Assembly (NCBI GenBank): GCA_016929135.1 | Contig: JAFGJK010000030.1 | Span: 5,531 to 69,530 of the forward strand | DNA from: Spirochaetota bacterium | GTDB lineage: Bacteria; Spirochaetota; UBA4802; UBA5550 | DNA: 64,000 nucleotides | Direction: 5' to 3' | In this document: piece by piece, positions 20,401 to 28,512 of the stretch | Layout of the letters: every line of letters starts with the position of its first letter | How positions within the stretch are numbered: position 1 is the stretch's first letter | The notes under the pieces: model-generated | Databases searched by the model: none | Told to the model about the DNA's origin: nothing | The model's input: the letters and a program-made list of their open reading frames with translations, nothing else | Translations under genes and position numbers: made by a program

Positions 20401-20508
20401 TCCCGGGAGGCGCTCTGCCTGAGGCTCCGGCGCCGCGGGTTCAGGGACATCCAGGTGACCCCCTCGGGGACCGGCAGGGAGGAATTCTGGTTCACCGCCA
20501 GGGCATAG
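17458..20508 (+). CDS. MMPL/RND-type lipid exporter fused to a C-terminal class I SAM methyltransferase
   Basis: Two MMPL repeats (ITVDHGI, GMGIDYTLF, STMIGFGSM) followed by IIDIGTGFG and MIDMVHHL methyltransferase motifs. Confidence 0.9.
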   Translation: MDRQKTRIRWDVVMVTMAVVGLLFFLGMQRIRIDSDILNSLPSDDPVLADAAYIFRNHPIQDQIALDISLEQSDPDALVAAAQRAEASLVKSGLFESVGTSGMQRLFPLMLEQVMESLPLLFTPQELERRVSPLLHRGEIKKVLEKRMADLANLEGIGQAGMIARDPLGLAWIVLSRLSDLSPGGGATLYRGQLLTQDGRSLLILLKPRHSATDTDYARRIQAAIEDARREIARGAGGRAFTVTAVGAYRAALDNEDMAKSDVELALTISTLGIALLLILSFPRPLFGLLSMVPAMVGTVGSLFVYSLFHDSISILALGFGGAVVSITVDHGIAFLLFLDRNEATSGRQAAHEVWTAGLFATLTTIGAFLALVFSGFEILSQIGQFTAMGHAFSFIFAHTVFPMAFPAVAPAARRKVLPVRRVARWIGADQRLRKVFIALALFCVMLFFSKPDFRIDIGAMNSVTAETLAAEKTVSSHWGTIFTKVYLLVEGSSLGDLRAKGDRLCALLESDRAGGRVASFFNSSMIVPGEERGGVNARAWNDFWSPARTIPLKRDLASVSREVGFSAGAFDPFLKSLKYSGTVQPVPEALAPILGITRKGNLWLQTSTVTLGPSFSPDGFHRRYSPLARIFDPANFSRRLSETLSSTFLWMILILGIGAVLLLLIFLMDLTLTLVSSLMVIFTFVCTLGTLHLLGRPLDIPSLMIAIIILGMGIDYTLFIVKAYQRHPRDTRQPIDIMNLAVLLASTSTMIGFGSMVLARHTLLRSVGIVSLTAIVFSIVGAYMILPPLLRRLFPPLAPATAGLQAGSREHRRRIMRRLRHLEAHPRLFAFFKMKTDPMFRELGSMVPDPKRIIDIGTGFGVPALWLLELYPEASLYGIEPDHERARFADMMIAGRGSIAAGAAPEMPAIRGGADTALMIDMVHHLDDGELNLALSRIHSLLLPGGRIVIRTTIPLRRRTFLRSMEELRLRLSGRRPAYRSREALCLRLRRRGFRDIQVTPSGTGREEFWFTARA

Positions 20509-20512
20509 CTCC

Positions 20513-21397
20513 ATGGAACGGACGGTCTACAGAACGCTCACCGCGCTCACCAGGATCTTCGGACCCTGGGTGTTCAGGTTTTTCTCCTGGTGGATCGCCA
20601 CCGGGTTTTTCTTCCTCTTCCCGAGGCGTGTGGCCGTCGGCGTGAGGTTCTACCGGGCCCTCTACCCGGCACGGGGGCGCGCATACCACCTGTGGTGCAC
20701 CTGGCGCCAGTACCACAACTTCACCCACGTCTTCCTGGACCGTTTCCTCCTTCACTTCCCCGAGCGGATCAGCTACACCTCCCGCGGGCTGGAGCACCTC
20801 GTCGCCGCATCGAAGAGCGGCAGGGGCGGGATCATACTGATGTCCCACATGGGGAACTGGGAGATCGCGGCACGCCTGCTGCAGGACACGGGAATCCGCC
20901 TGCTCCTGTACATGGGGGCCAGGGACAAGGAACGGATCGAGCGAATCCAGAAGGAGACCCTCTCCGAGAGCGGCATCACCATCATCGCGGTGGAGCAGGA
21001 CCGGGAATCGCCGCTGGACATACTGGAGGGGGTCAGGTTCATCGGCGGCGGCGGATTCGTCTCCATCACCGGCGACCGCCTCTGGAGAAATGAGCAGCGC
21101 GCCGTCCCGGTGCGCTTCATCGGCCGCACCGCCCTGGTCCCCCAGGGACCCCACGCCATGGCCCTCCTGGCGAGGGCCCCCCTGTTCATCTTCTTCATCT
21201 TCCGGACCGGTACCGGCAGCTACCATATCACCTGCTCTGACCCCATCGATGTCGCCGCCGACGGCAGGGCGGGGAAGAGGGCGGCGGTCCGGGAATCGGC
21301 ACAGACCTACGCAGACCACCTGGAGCGGGCGCTCCGTGAGCATCCCACCGAATGGTACCACTTCGAGGAGTTCATCACGGACGCGGAGGAGGAGTGA
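20513..21397 (+). CDS. lipid A lauroyl/LPLAT-family acyltransferase
   Basis: HxxxxE motif SHMGNWE, GDR, FIGRTALVPQGP and C-terminal EHPTEWYHF. Confidence 0.9.
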   Translation: MERTVYRTLTALTRIFGPWVFRFFSWWIATGFFFLFPRRVAVGVRFYRALYPARGRAYHLWCTWRQYHNFTHVFLDRFLLHFPERISYTSRGLEHLVAASKSGRGGIILMSHMGNWEIAARLLQDTGIRLLLYMGARDKERIERIQKETLSESGITIIAVEQDRESPLDILEGVRFIGGGGFVSITGDRLWRNEQRAVPVRFIGRTALVPQGPHAMALLARAPLFIFFIFRTGTGSYHITCSDPIDVAADGRAGKRAAVRESAQTYADHLERALREHPTEWYHFEEFITDAEEE

Positions 21398-21523
21398 CGG
21401 GGCATCATCCCGATGTCCGCGGCACTCACGAAAATGGCTTGCATCAGAAGGCCGGCGTACTATCATAACCGGTCGCCCGGTGCGGACAAATACCGAAAAT
21501 GACTGGGAAAAGGGCCCGCGTTG

Positions 21524-21532
21524 TGCTATACT
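21524..21532 (+). promoter_or_regulatory. extended -10 promoter upstream of the carboxylase
   Basis: TGcTATACT, about 35 nt before ATG 21568. A second candidate is TTGCAT-N16-TATCAT at 21439-21466. Confidence 0.5.
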
Positions 21533-21567
21533 AAAAACATACAGGATACGATCATCCGCACGCTGTC

Positions 21568-24500
21568 ATGGATACGGCAACACTGGAAAAACTGATCGCC
21601 GCCTCTCTGGAGCGGCTGCGGCGCATCAACCCATCCGTGGCCGGGAGGCCCGCGGAGGGCCTGTCGCCGCCCCGCCGCACCAGGGGCCACCGGCTCCGGA
21701 AGGTGCTGGTGGCCAACAGGGGGGAGATCGCCAAGCGGTTCTTCCTGGCCCTGCACGAGGAGGGTATTCCCTCGGTGGCCGTGGTGACCGACCCGGACAG
21801 GGGGCAGTCCTGGTATGAGTTCGCCGACGAGGTTGTCTTCATCGGCGAGCACCACCGCTACTCCAGCATCGAGACCGTCATCGCTGCGGCGCGGCTCATC
21901 GGCGCCAACGCCATCTACTCGGGCTACGGATTCCTCTCGGAGAATCCGGAATTCGTCGAGGCCATCAACGCCTCATCGAAGGCCGGCGCCCCCCTCGTCT
22001 TCATAGGCCCGAATCACCGGACCATGCGCACCCTGGGGAACAAGGTGAGGGCCCGGGAGCTCGCCCGGCAGCACGACATACCCCTCTTCGACAGCTCAGG
22101 GATCCTCACGCCGGCGGAGATGGACCGGGCGGAGGAGGAGGCGCGCCGCATCGGCTACCCGGTGATGGTGAAACCGGTCTCAGGGGGCGGCGGCAAGGGG
22201 ATGTACCCGGTCTCCGGCGAAGAGGGGCTTACCTGGGCCGTGCAGTCCTGCGCCAGGATCGGCAGGGATCTCTACGGGAGCGACCTCTTCTACATCGAGA
22301 AATTCATAGAGCAGCCGGTGCACATCGAAGTACAGGTGTTCAACGGCCATGCCATCGGGATACGCAAGTGCGCCGTGCAGCGGCGCAACCAGAAGATCAT
22401 AGAGGAGAGCGGCCACTCGTTTCTCCAGGAGGCCGAGTCCCTTCCGCTCATGGCTGCCGCGGAGACGATGGCGCGCATCTCCGGCTACTGCAGGGGGGGC
22501 GGGGCCGGCACCGTCGAGTTCCTCTTCGACGCCACAACCGGGCGGTTCGGGTTTCTGGAGATGAACACCAGGCTCCAGGTGGAATACGCCGTGACCGACC
22601 AGTCCCTGGGGATCGACCTGGCGAAATGGCAGATACTCTACTTCGACGGCAGGGAGCGCGAGATCATCGGTCTGGAGGCGCTGAAGCGGGGGGAGGTCGA
22701 CAGGGACCATTCCATTGAATGCCGCATCTACGCCGAGGAACCGGAGAACGACTACCTCCCGTCGCCGGGGACCATCGTGGAGATGGACCTCCCCACCTTC
22801 AACGGGATACGGTGCGATTTCGGCTTCGGCGAGGGGGACACGATCCTCCCGATGTACGATCCCCTGGTGGGGAAGATCATCGCCCAGGGGGCCACCAGGA
22901 GCGAGGCGATCATTCGCCTGGAGCGAGCCCTCCAGGAGCTTTACATCAAGGGGATAAAGACGAACATCAGCCAGCTTTTGAGGATCGTCCGGCACCGGGC
23001 CTTCCTCGGGGGCGATTACACCAACAACATCCTCCTGGAACACGCGGACCTCTCCTTCAGGGAGCGCGAGGCAGGCAGCTGCGCCGGCGGGGCCCGCAGG
23101 ATCAAGCACATCATCTTCGGCGCCTTCGCCGAGCACGTGCGTCTGATCCAAAAATCGGTGCGCGATTTCATGATCGTCGCGAACATCGAGGGGTATATCG
23201 AGGCGCCGGTGCTCCCCAGCGTCCCCACCGGCTTCTTCACGGAGCACCGGGGGGCGCGCTGCAGGCTCGATTTTCTGCAGGTGTCGATGGACCGCTTCTA
23301 CGCCTACGTGGACTCGGTATTCAGCGGCACCATCCTCATCGTCTCAATAAACGACCGGAGCGACGATCTGCTCCTCCAGTACGGCAACAGTTCCTACAGG
23401 ATCCGCATCAACCGCCACGGCCCCCTGGTGGACCTGCGGATGAAGGACGAGAAGAACAAGATCGACTATTTCCGCCTCAGGGTGGAGCCCGAGGGGTCCG
23501 CCGGCGGAGGGGACATCGCCACCGTGCTCTCCCCGTTCCAGGGAACCTTTGTCTCCTTCTGCAGCGACCGGCTGAAGCCGGGGGCCCTGGTGAGGAGGGG
23601 GGAGCCCCTGGTGGTACTCTCTTCGATGAAGATGGAATCGGTGATCAGCGCGCCAGAAGACGGGGAGATCATCTCCCTCATCGAGGAGGGTGACGCCTCC
23701 CGCCTGATCCTCACCACCACCAGGGACGGGAGGGTGATTGGCAGGAGTGTCCAGGAGGGGGAGCTGCTCGTCACAATCAGGACCCGCGGCGCCGGTAAAG
23801 CGCGCGCCTCGGCCATCCCCCGGAAAAAACACGCGACTGACCGGAGGGGGGGGAGGACGCTCCCGGAGCAACTGATGCGGGAGGACTGCGAGGCCTGGGC
23901 CTCGAAGAATCCCGGCGCCCACCTGGAGGACCTCATGATGCTCCTCGCCTCGGCCTCCCAGGGGTTCATCAGAGACCAGCGCATCATCGACATGCTCAAG
24001 AGGATACTGAAGAGGATACCTGCCGAGGGGATGCGACGGCGGGTGCCGGAGAGGACCCAGGATGCGCTGGACAGGCTGATACTCCAGTTCACCTGCGTGA
24101 AGCGGGTGTTCTCGCCGGTGCTCTCCGAAAGCGGCCTCACCTACCAGGAGGAGCTGAACCTCCACGTGGAGCGGCGCCGGGACCTGAAGCTCTCCCCCTC
24201 CTTCGAGGAGGTGATGGACATTCTCCGCAACGCCTACGGTCTGTCGCATTGGAGCGGGCGGCCCGAGGTGAAGAAGATGTTCTCCCAGTTCCATCTCTTC
24301 CTCCTGCGCCTCTCGCACCAGTTCTGCATGGAGCACACCGATCTTATACAGAAATCGGTGCAGATGCTCTCCCTGGTCCCCCGGCCCCTCGAGGGGACGC
24401 GCAGAACCCTGGCGATGCTGCTGGAGCAGGAGCAGGCGGAGCGGGACGATACTCTGCTGAAATTCATAAAGCGGACCTTCGCGGAGAAGCTCCAGGGGAT

Positions 24501-27423
24501 GATAGTCGGTCCGCTGAAGAGCGGCGCGACGAAGCTGACGGCCCCGGGGGAGCGCCTGCTGGATTACCGAAGGGAGAACAAGGCATCACTGCAGAGACTG
24601 GCGCTGAAGGCCCCCCCGGGCATGGCCCCGGAACCCCTCCCCCCCTTCTTTACCCGGATGATCCAGGAGCGACTGTCGGTGCTGGAGCAGAGAAACACGG
24701 TGGAGCCCCTCTTCTCACCCGTCATGACCGCCGCGGCATACCGGATCACCCCCAGGGGGGACGGCGGCGGGTCCTTTTTGATCGCCTACTGCCACGCCTG
24801 TTACGAGGAGGGGGGGGGGCGCTACGACGACCTGCGCTGGGCCCTCGGCGACGGCACGTGGCCGCTGGCGCTGCACCGGAGGGCGGACGAGCGCTGCTGG
24901 CTGGAGCTCGTGACCAGCGGCATCACCCTCACCTGCGACGACTGCGCGGAGCAGGCCGGGGGGTACGTCACCCTGCGGCAGATGCGGGGCGCCTTTGCCA
25001 GTGCCTTCGACGGTATGGGTTCCGGCCGCAACATCAGGGGGATCGTATCGATCACGATGCAGAACCCCGCCGGCAGGGACATGCGGCACCGTCCGCTGCT
25101 GGTCTACCCTGCAGGCGAATCGGTCTCGGTGGAATTCATGCAGGACAGCGACAGGGAGAATCCCTACTGCATCGACGGCAAACCGAACATCGTCAACCAG
25201 CGCCTCTTCAGGATGCGGAAGTGGCCCATCGAGATATGGGCCTCCCAGTGCTTCGACGACGGGAGCATGCAGGAGCTGCAGGTCCGCATGATAGACTCGG
25301 AGCGGGAGCAGCTGGGACTGGACGCCAGGCCGGCGGTCCGCCCCGTCGGCGCCAGAATCTTCCGCGGCACCATCGGCGGTAGCGACGCCCTCTTTTACAT
25401 GAAGGATTCCCGCATCAGCGGCGGCTCCACCGGCAATTGGGAAGGCCTGAAATACGCCGCCGCCTGCTACCTGGCGTACCTGAGGGACTGGCCGCTCTAC
25501 GTGTGGAACGACAGCGCCGGCGCCAACATAATGGAGGGGGTCGTCTCCCTGAACCGGGGCGCCCAGGGATTCATGATGAACTCGCTGCTCACCTCCCGGC
25601 CGGACGCGGGGTCCTTCCGCCGCTTCCTCGAGCAGAACGGGGACCCCTTCCTGATGAAGGTCTTCCGCGCCCTGGACCTGGACTTCCGGCTGGAGGTCCC
25701 GGCGGCAGCCCGCCGTCGTTTCCAGCTTATCGCGGTGGGGATCGGACCGTCCGCGGGCCTCGACGTGTACGGGTCGAGCCAGGCCTCGATACAGGTCATG
25801 CTCGACTCGGAACAGACCTACCGGGTGCTCACCGGCTCCAGCGTCATACGGACGGTGATCGGCGAGGACATCTCGAACTACGACATCGGCGGCGCCAAAA
25901 TCCTGGGGAAGTGGACCGGCATCGTCGACATTGTCGCCAGGGACAAGCTCCAGCTCATCAGCGTGATACAGCGCCTGCACGACCTCTTCACCATGGAATC
26001 CCCGCTGGCAGCCATACGCAGGAGGCAAACGGTCCGGCGGGGAGGACAGACCGGGACCGCCGGAGTAATACAGTTCAGCGAGTCCCTGATACGGGAACAC
26101 ACCGACGACGGCGTCTTTCTCCCCTTCAAGGAGGACTATTACGCATCCAGCGCCTGCATCGGCGGCTTCGCGAAGATGGGCGGGCGGCGGGTCCTCATCC
26201 TGGGGGCCAGGACGGACCGCGGCCTGAAGTCCCCGGCATCCATCATCAAGGCCAGGGAGCTCCTGCGGACCGCCCACAGGACCGCGTGCCACCAGATCCT
26301 CATATTCGGAAAGCGATGGATCCAGCGGCCAGACTACCACGAGAGCGCCAGCGTGCGGCCCCACATTGATCTCATGGACACCATGCGGAAAAAAGCCGGC
26401 ATCCGCCTGCATGTGGTCACCGACCCGGAGGGGCTCGAATCCGTCGAAATCAACAGCACCGCCGACGCCGTCATCTACGTGAGGACCGAGGGGGAGACAC
26501 ACGGGAGAATCGCCTTTACCGAGAAAAACGCGGTCTTCCACGTCGCCACGAGAAGTGAGGCATTCAACCTCTCACTCGCCCTGCTGCGGCTCATGGACCC
26601 CATGGGACCCGCGCCGGGCGACGAGATCCGCCCCGGCGGGACGCCCCGCATCCCCGGCGACCACGGGACCCCCTACGACATCCTGGAATCGGTAATCCTC
26701 CCCGTCTTTGACGCAGAGAGCTTCCTTGAATTCTACCGCGACATGAACAATCCCCTTTCGGGTCCGCACCTCATCACCGGCCTTGCCCGCCTCGACGGCG
26801 CCACTGTTGGCGTCATCGCCGACCAGCCCCTGCTCAAGGGGGGCGGGGCGGACGCCATGGGAACGGAGAAATTCAGGATCTTCACTGATTTCTGCAACAG
26901 CAACGGGATACCGCTGGTGATCCTCTCCAATTCCTCCGGCTTCGTCCCCGGCTCGTCGCAGGAGCGCCAGAGGATACAGGCCATCGGGGCGGAATCGCTG
27001 GACGTCAACATAGCGGGGCGTATACCGGTGGTGAGCGTGGTGCTGAACCAGAACTACGGCGGCCGCCTCATTCACGCCTTCAACAGGTTCCTGCGGCCCG
27101 GAATCGTCTACCTTGCGCTGGAGCAGGCGGTGCTGGCGGTGATCGGGGTCGAGGCCGCCTTCGACCTTCTCTACGGGACGAAGTACGAGCGGCTGATCAA
27201 CGAAGGGAGACAGGACGAGGCGGCGGCGCTGAAATCGGAGTTTTCCAGCGGGTATCTCGACAAGGCGCGCTCCACGAACGACGCGCTGCGCACCGGCCTC
27301 ATCGACTGGACGATCCCTGACATCCGCGACCTCAGGGAAAACCTCATACGCGGACTCAGCCTTGCGATCCAGCGCTGCCAAGAGGCCTTTGGCAAGATCC
27401 GCGGCGGTACCGGCCGGGAGTGA
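21568..27423 (+). CDS. single-chain biotin-dependent acyl-CoA carboxylase (BC-BCCP-central region-CT), 1951 aa
   Basis: BC motifs KVLVANRGEIA, GYGFLSEN, GGGGKGM and EMNTRLQVE; BCCP LSSMKMES; CT motifs WNDSAGANIMEG, ITGLARLDGATVGVIADQP, GIPLVIL..SSGFVPG and NYGG. Confidence 0.92.
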   Translation: MDTATLEKLIAASLERLRRINPSVAGRPAEGLSPPRRTRGHRLRKVLVANRGEIAKRFFLALHEEGIPSVAVVTDPDRGQSWYEFADEVVFIGEHHRYSSIETVIAAARLIGANAIYSGYGFLSENPEFVEAINASSKAGAPLVFIGPNHRTMRTLGNKVRARELARQHDIPLFDSSGILTPAEMDRAEEEARRIGYPVMVKPVSGGGGKGMYPVSGEEGLTWAVQSCARIGRDLYGSDLFYIEKFIEQPVHIEVQVFNGHAIGIRKCAVQRRNQKIIEESGHSFLQEAESLPLMAAAETMARISGYCRGGGAGTVEFLFDATTGRFGFLEMNTRLQVEYAVTDQSLGIDLAKWQILYFDGREREIIGLEALKRGEVDRDHSIECRIYAEEPENDYLPSPGTIVEMDLPTFNGIRCDFGFGEGDTILPMYDPLVGKIIAQGATRSEAIIRLERALQELYIKGIKTNISQLLRIVRHRAFLGGDYTNNILLEHADLSFREREAGSCAGGARRIKHIIFGAFAEHVRLIQKSVRDFMIVANIEGYIEAPVLPSVPTGFFTEHRGARCRLDFLQVSMDRFYAYVDSVFSGTILIVSINDRSDDLLLQYGNSSYRIRINRHGPLVDLRMKDEKNKIDYFRLRVEPEGSAGGGDIATVLSPFQGTFVSFCSDRLKPGALVRRGEPLVVLSSMKMESVISAPEDGEIISLIEEGDASRLILTTTRDGRVIGRSVQEGELLVTIRTRGAGKARASAIPRKKHATDRRGGRTLPEQLMREDCEAWASKNPGAHLEDLMMLLASASQGFIRDQRIIDMLKRILKRIPAEGMRRRVPERTQDALDRLILQFTCVKRVFSPVLSESGLTYQEELNLHVERRRDLKLSPSFEEVMDILRNAYGLSHWSGRPEVKKMFSQFHLFLLRLSHQFCMEHTDLIQKSVQMLSLVPRPLEGTRRTLAMLLEQEQAERDDTLLKFIKRTFAEKLQGMIVGPLKSGATKLTAPGERLLDYRRENKASLQRLALKAPPGMAPEPLPPFFTRMIQERLSVLEQRNTVEPLFSPVMTAAAYRITPRGDGGGSFLIAYCHACYEEGGGRYDDLRWALGDGTWPLALHRRADERCWLELVTSGITLTCDDCAEQAGGYVTLRQMRGAFASAFDGMGSGRNIRGIVSITMQNPAGRDMRHRPLLVYPAGESVSVEFMQDSDRENPYCIDGKPNIVNQRLFRMRKWPIEIWASQCFDDGSMQELQVRMIDSEREQLGLDARPAVRPVGARIFRGTIGGSDALFYMKDSRISGGSTGNWEGLKYAAACYLAYLRDWPLYVWNDSAGANIMEGVVSLNRGAQGFMMNSLLTSRPDAGSFRRFLEQNGDPFLMKVFRALDLDFRLEVPAAARRRFQLIAVGIGPSAGLDVYGSSQASIQVMLDSEQTYRVLTGSSVIRTVIGEDISNYDIGGAKILGKWTGIVDIVARDKLQLISVIQRLHDLFTMESPLAAIRRRQTVRRGGQTGTAGVIQFSESLIREHTDDGVFLPFKEDYYASSACIGGFAKMGGRRVLILGARTDRGLKSPASIIKARELLRTAHRTACHQILIFGKRWIQRPDYHESASVRPHIDLMDTMRKKAGIRLHVVTDPEGLESVEINSTADAVIYVRTEGETHGRIAFTEKNAVFHVATRSEAFNLSLALLRLMDPMGPAPGDEIRPGGTPRIPGDHGTPYDILESVILPVFDAESFLEFYRDMNNPLSGPHLITGLARLDGATVGVIADQPLLKGGGADAMGTEKFRIFTDFCNSNGIPLVILSNSSGFVPGSSQERQRIQAIGAESLDVNIAGRIPVVSVVLNQNYGGRLIHAFNRFLRPGIVYLALEQAVLAVIGVEAAFDLLYGTKYERLINEGRQDEAAALKSEFSSGYLDKARSTNDALRTGLIDWTIPDIRDLRENLIRGLSLAIQRCQEAFGKIRGGTGRE

Positions 27424-27440
27424 ATCAGATCAGAGCGGCT

Positions 27441-28115
27441 TCACAGCTCCTCGACAAAGCGGTAGGAGTCGTTGAACCTGAACATGATGCCGGCGCCCAC
27501 CGCCCAGCCGTACCCCTGCCCCCACATGCCGTCGATGTAGTTCATGTCGCCGGCGAAGAGCCCGTAGCGGAATCCCCCCTCCAGAAGAAACGAGATCAGG
27601 GGGCCGGCATGAATATTGATCCCGGCGGTGACCCCGATAGTTCCGAAGGCCTCCATGTGCCTCCTGTTGCTCATCCCGATCCCAAAGCCGTAGCCGAATT
27701 CAGGGCCGAGCCAGAGACGAACCAGCTCGTTCCGCCAGGGTGAAAAACCGAATGCATGATACATGGAATACGATGTCATCACGAGTCGCTGCCAGGGAAA
27801 CCTGCGCTCGGCACCACCGGCGCCCACGTGGAGGCGATAGTTCACCAGGACATCCCTGGCCACGTCGGAATCGAAGACGATCCCCGAAGCCCAGGACATG
27901 CCCCGATGGTCCCGTGTCACCCGGCGCTCGGTTATCGGCTCGCTGTAGGTATACCGGATCAAGCTCTCACCGTAGGTCCCGAATGCCCCGAGGCCGAAGG
28001 CCAGCAGGGGCGCCGGAAACAGTGATACTGCCAGGACCATCGGCAGGAGCGCCCGTCCCAGGACCCGCCGCGCCGCGTGAAGAGAGGGAGGTGTCCTGCC
28101 CCACCCTCTAGTCAT
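27441..28115 (-). CDS. putative outer-membrane beta-barrel protein
   Basis: Signal-like LLPMVLAVSLFPAPLLA and alternating aromatic/Gly strands ending WAVGAGIMFRF. ATG overlaps the end of the upstream gene. Confidence 0.65.
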   Translation of the reverse strand: MTRGWGRTPPSLHAARRVLGRALLPMVLAVSLFPAPLLAFGLGAFGTYGESLIRYTYSEPITERRVTRDHRGMSWASGIVFDSDVARDVLVNYRLHVGAGGAERRFPWQRLVMTSYSMYHAFGFSPWRNELVRLWLGPEFGYGFGIGMSNRRHMEAFGTIGVTAGINIHAGPLISFLLEGGFRYGLFAGDMNYIDGMWGQGYGWAVGAGIMFRFNDSYRFVEEL

Positions 28116-28494
28116 CCCCGTCCTCCCCGACAAGAGCCGCAGCCTCCTCCCGGGTGATCTCGCTCCAATCCGGATCCGCGAAATCACCGCCGTCGATGGT
28201 GAAGCTCACGCGGTCGAAGCGCTCCCGGTAATTCTCGAGCTTCGAGCCCCTGTCGGGGCACCGTACGATGAACACGAGTCGCTTAGTGTCGAGGGAATAA
28301 TCTCGACAGATCATCGCAGCCAGCTGCTCCACAAAGGCAGTGATCGAAGTGCCCGGATTCTTATCGTACAGCTCCGTGGCGATCACCGTATGGTGTTTCT
28401 CCCCCTTCACCACCCTGAGACCGCAGAGTGACGGCACATCCCACTCTCCCCTGAATTCGTATATATCGTCGATGAACCGGTCCTGCATATGCAT
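28108..28494 (-). CDS. hypothetical protein co-transcribed with the B12 radical SAM gene
   Basis: 128-aa globular ORF (SLCGLRV, TELYDKNPGTSIT, DPDW), 18 nt after the radical SAM stop. Confidence 0.75.
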   Translation of the reverse strand: MHMQDRFIDDIYEFRGEWDVPSLCGLRVVKGEKHHTVIATELYDKNPGTSITAFVEQLAAMICRDYSLDTKRLVFIVRCPDRGSKLENYRERFDRVSFTIDGGDFADPDWSEITREEAAALVGEDGDD

Positions 28495-28512
28495 CCACCA
28501 TCCCCGGCGATC

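Noticed and set aside
24810-24819. G10 tract in the carboxylase as a phase-variation switch (also G9 at 20192-20200 and C10 at 3300-3309)
   Set aside because: The reading frames are intact and Gly-codon runs are expected at this GC. There is no evidence of variation without reads.
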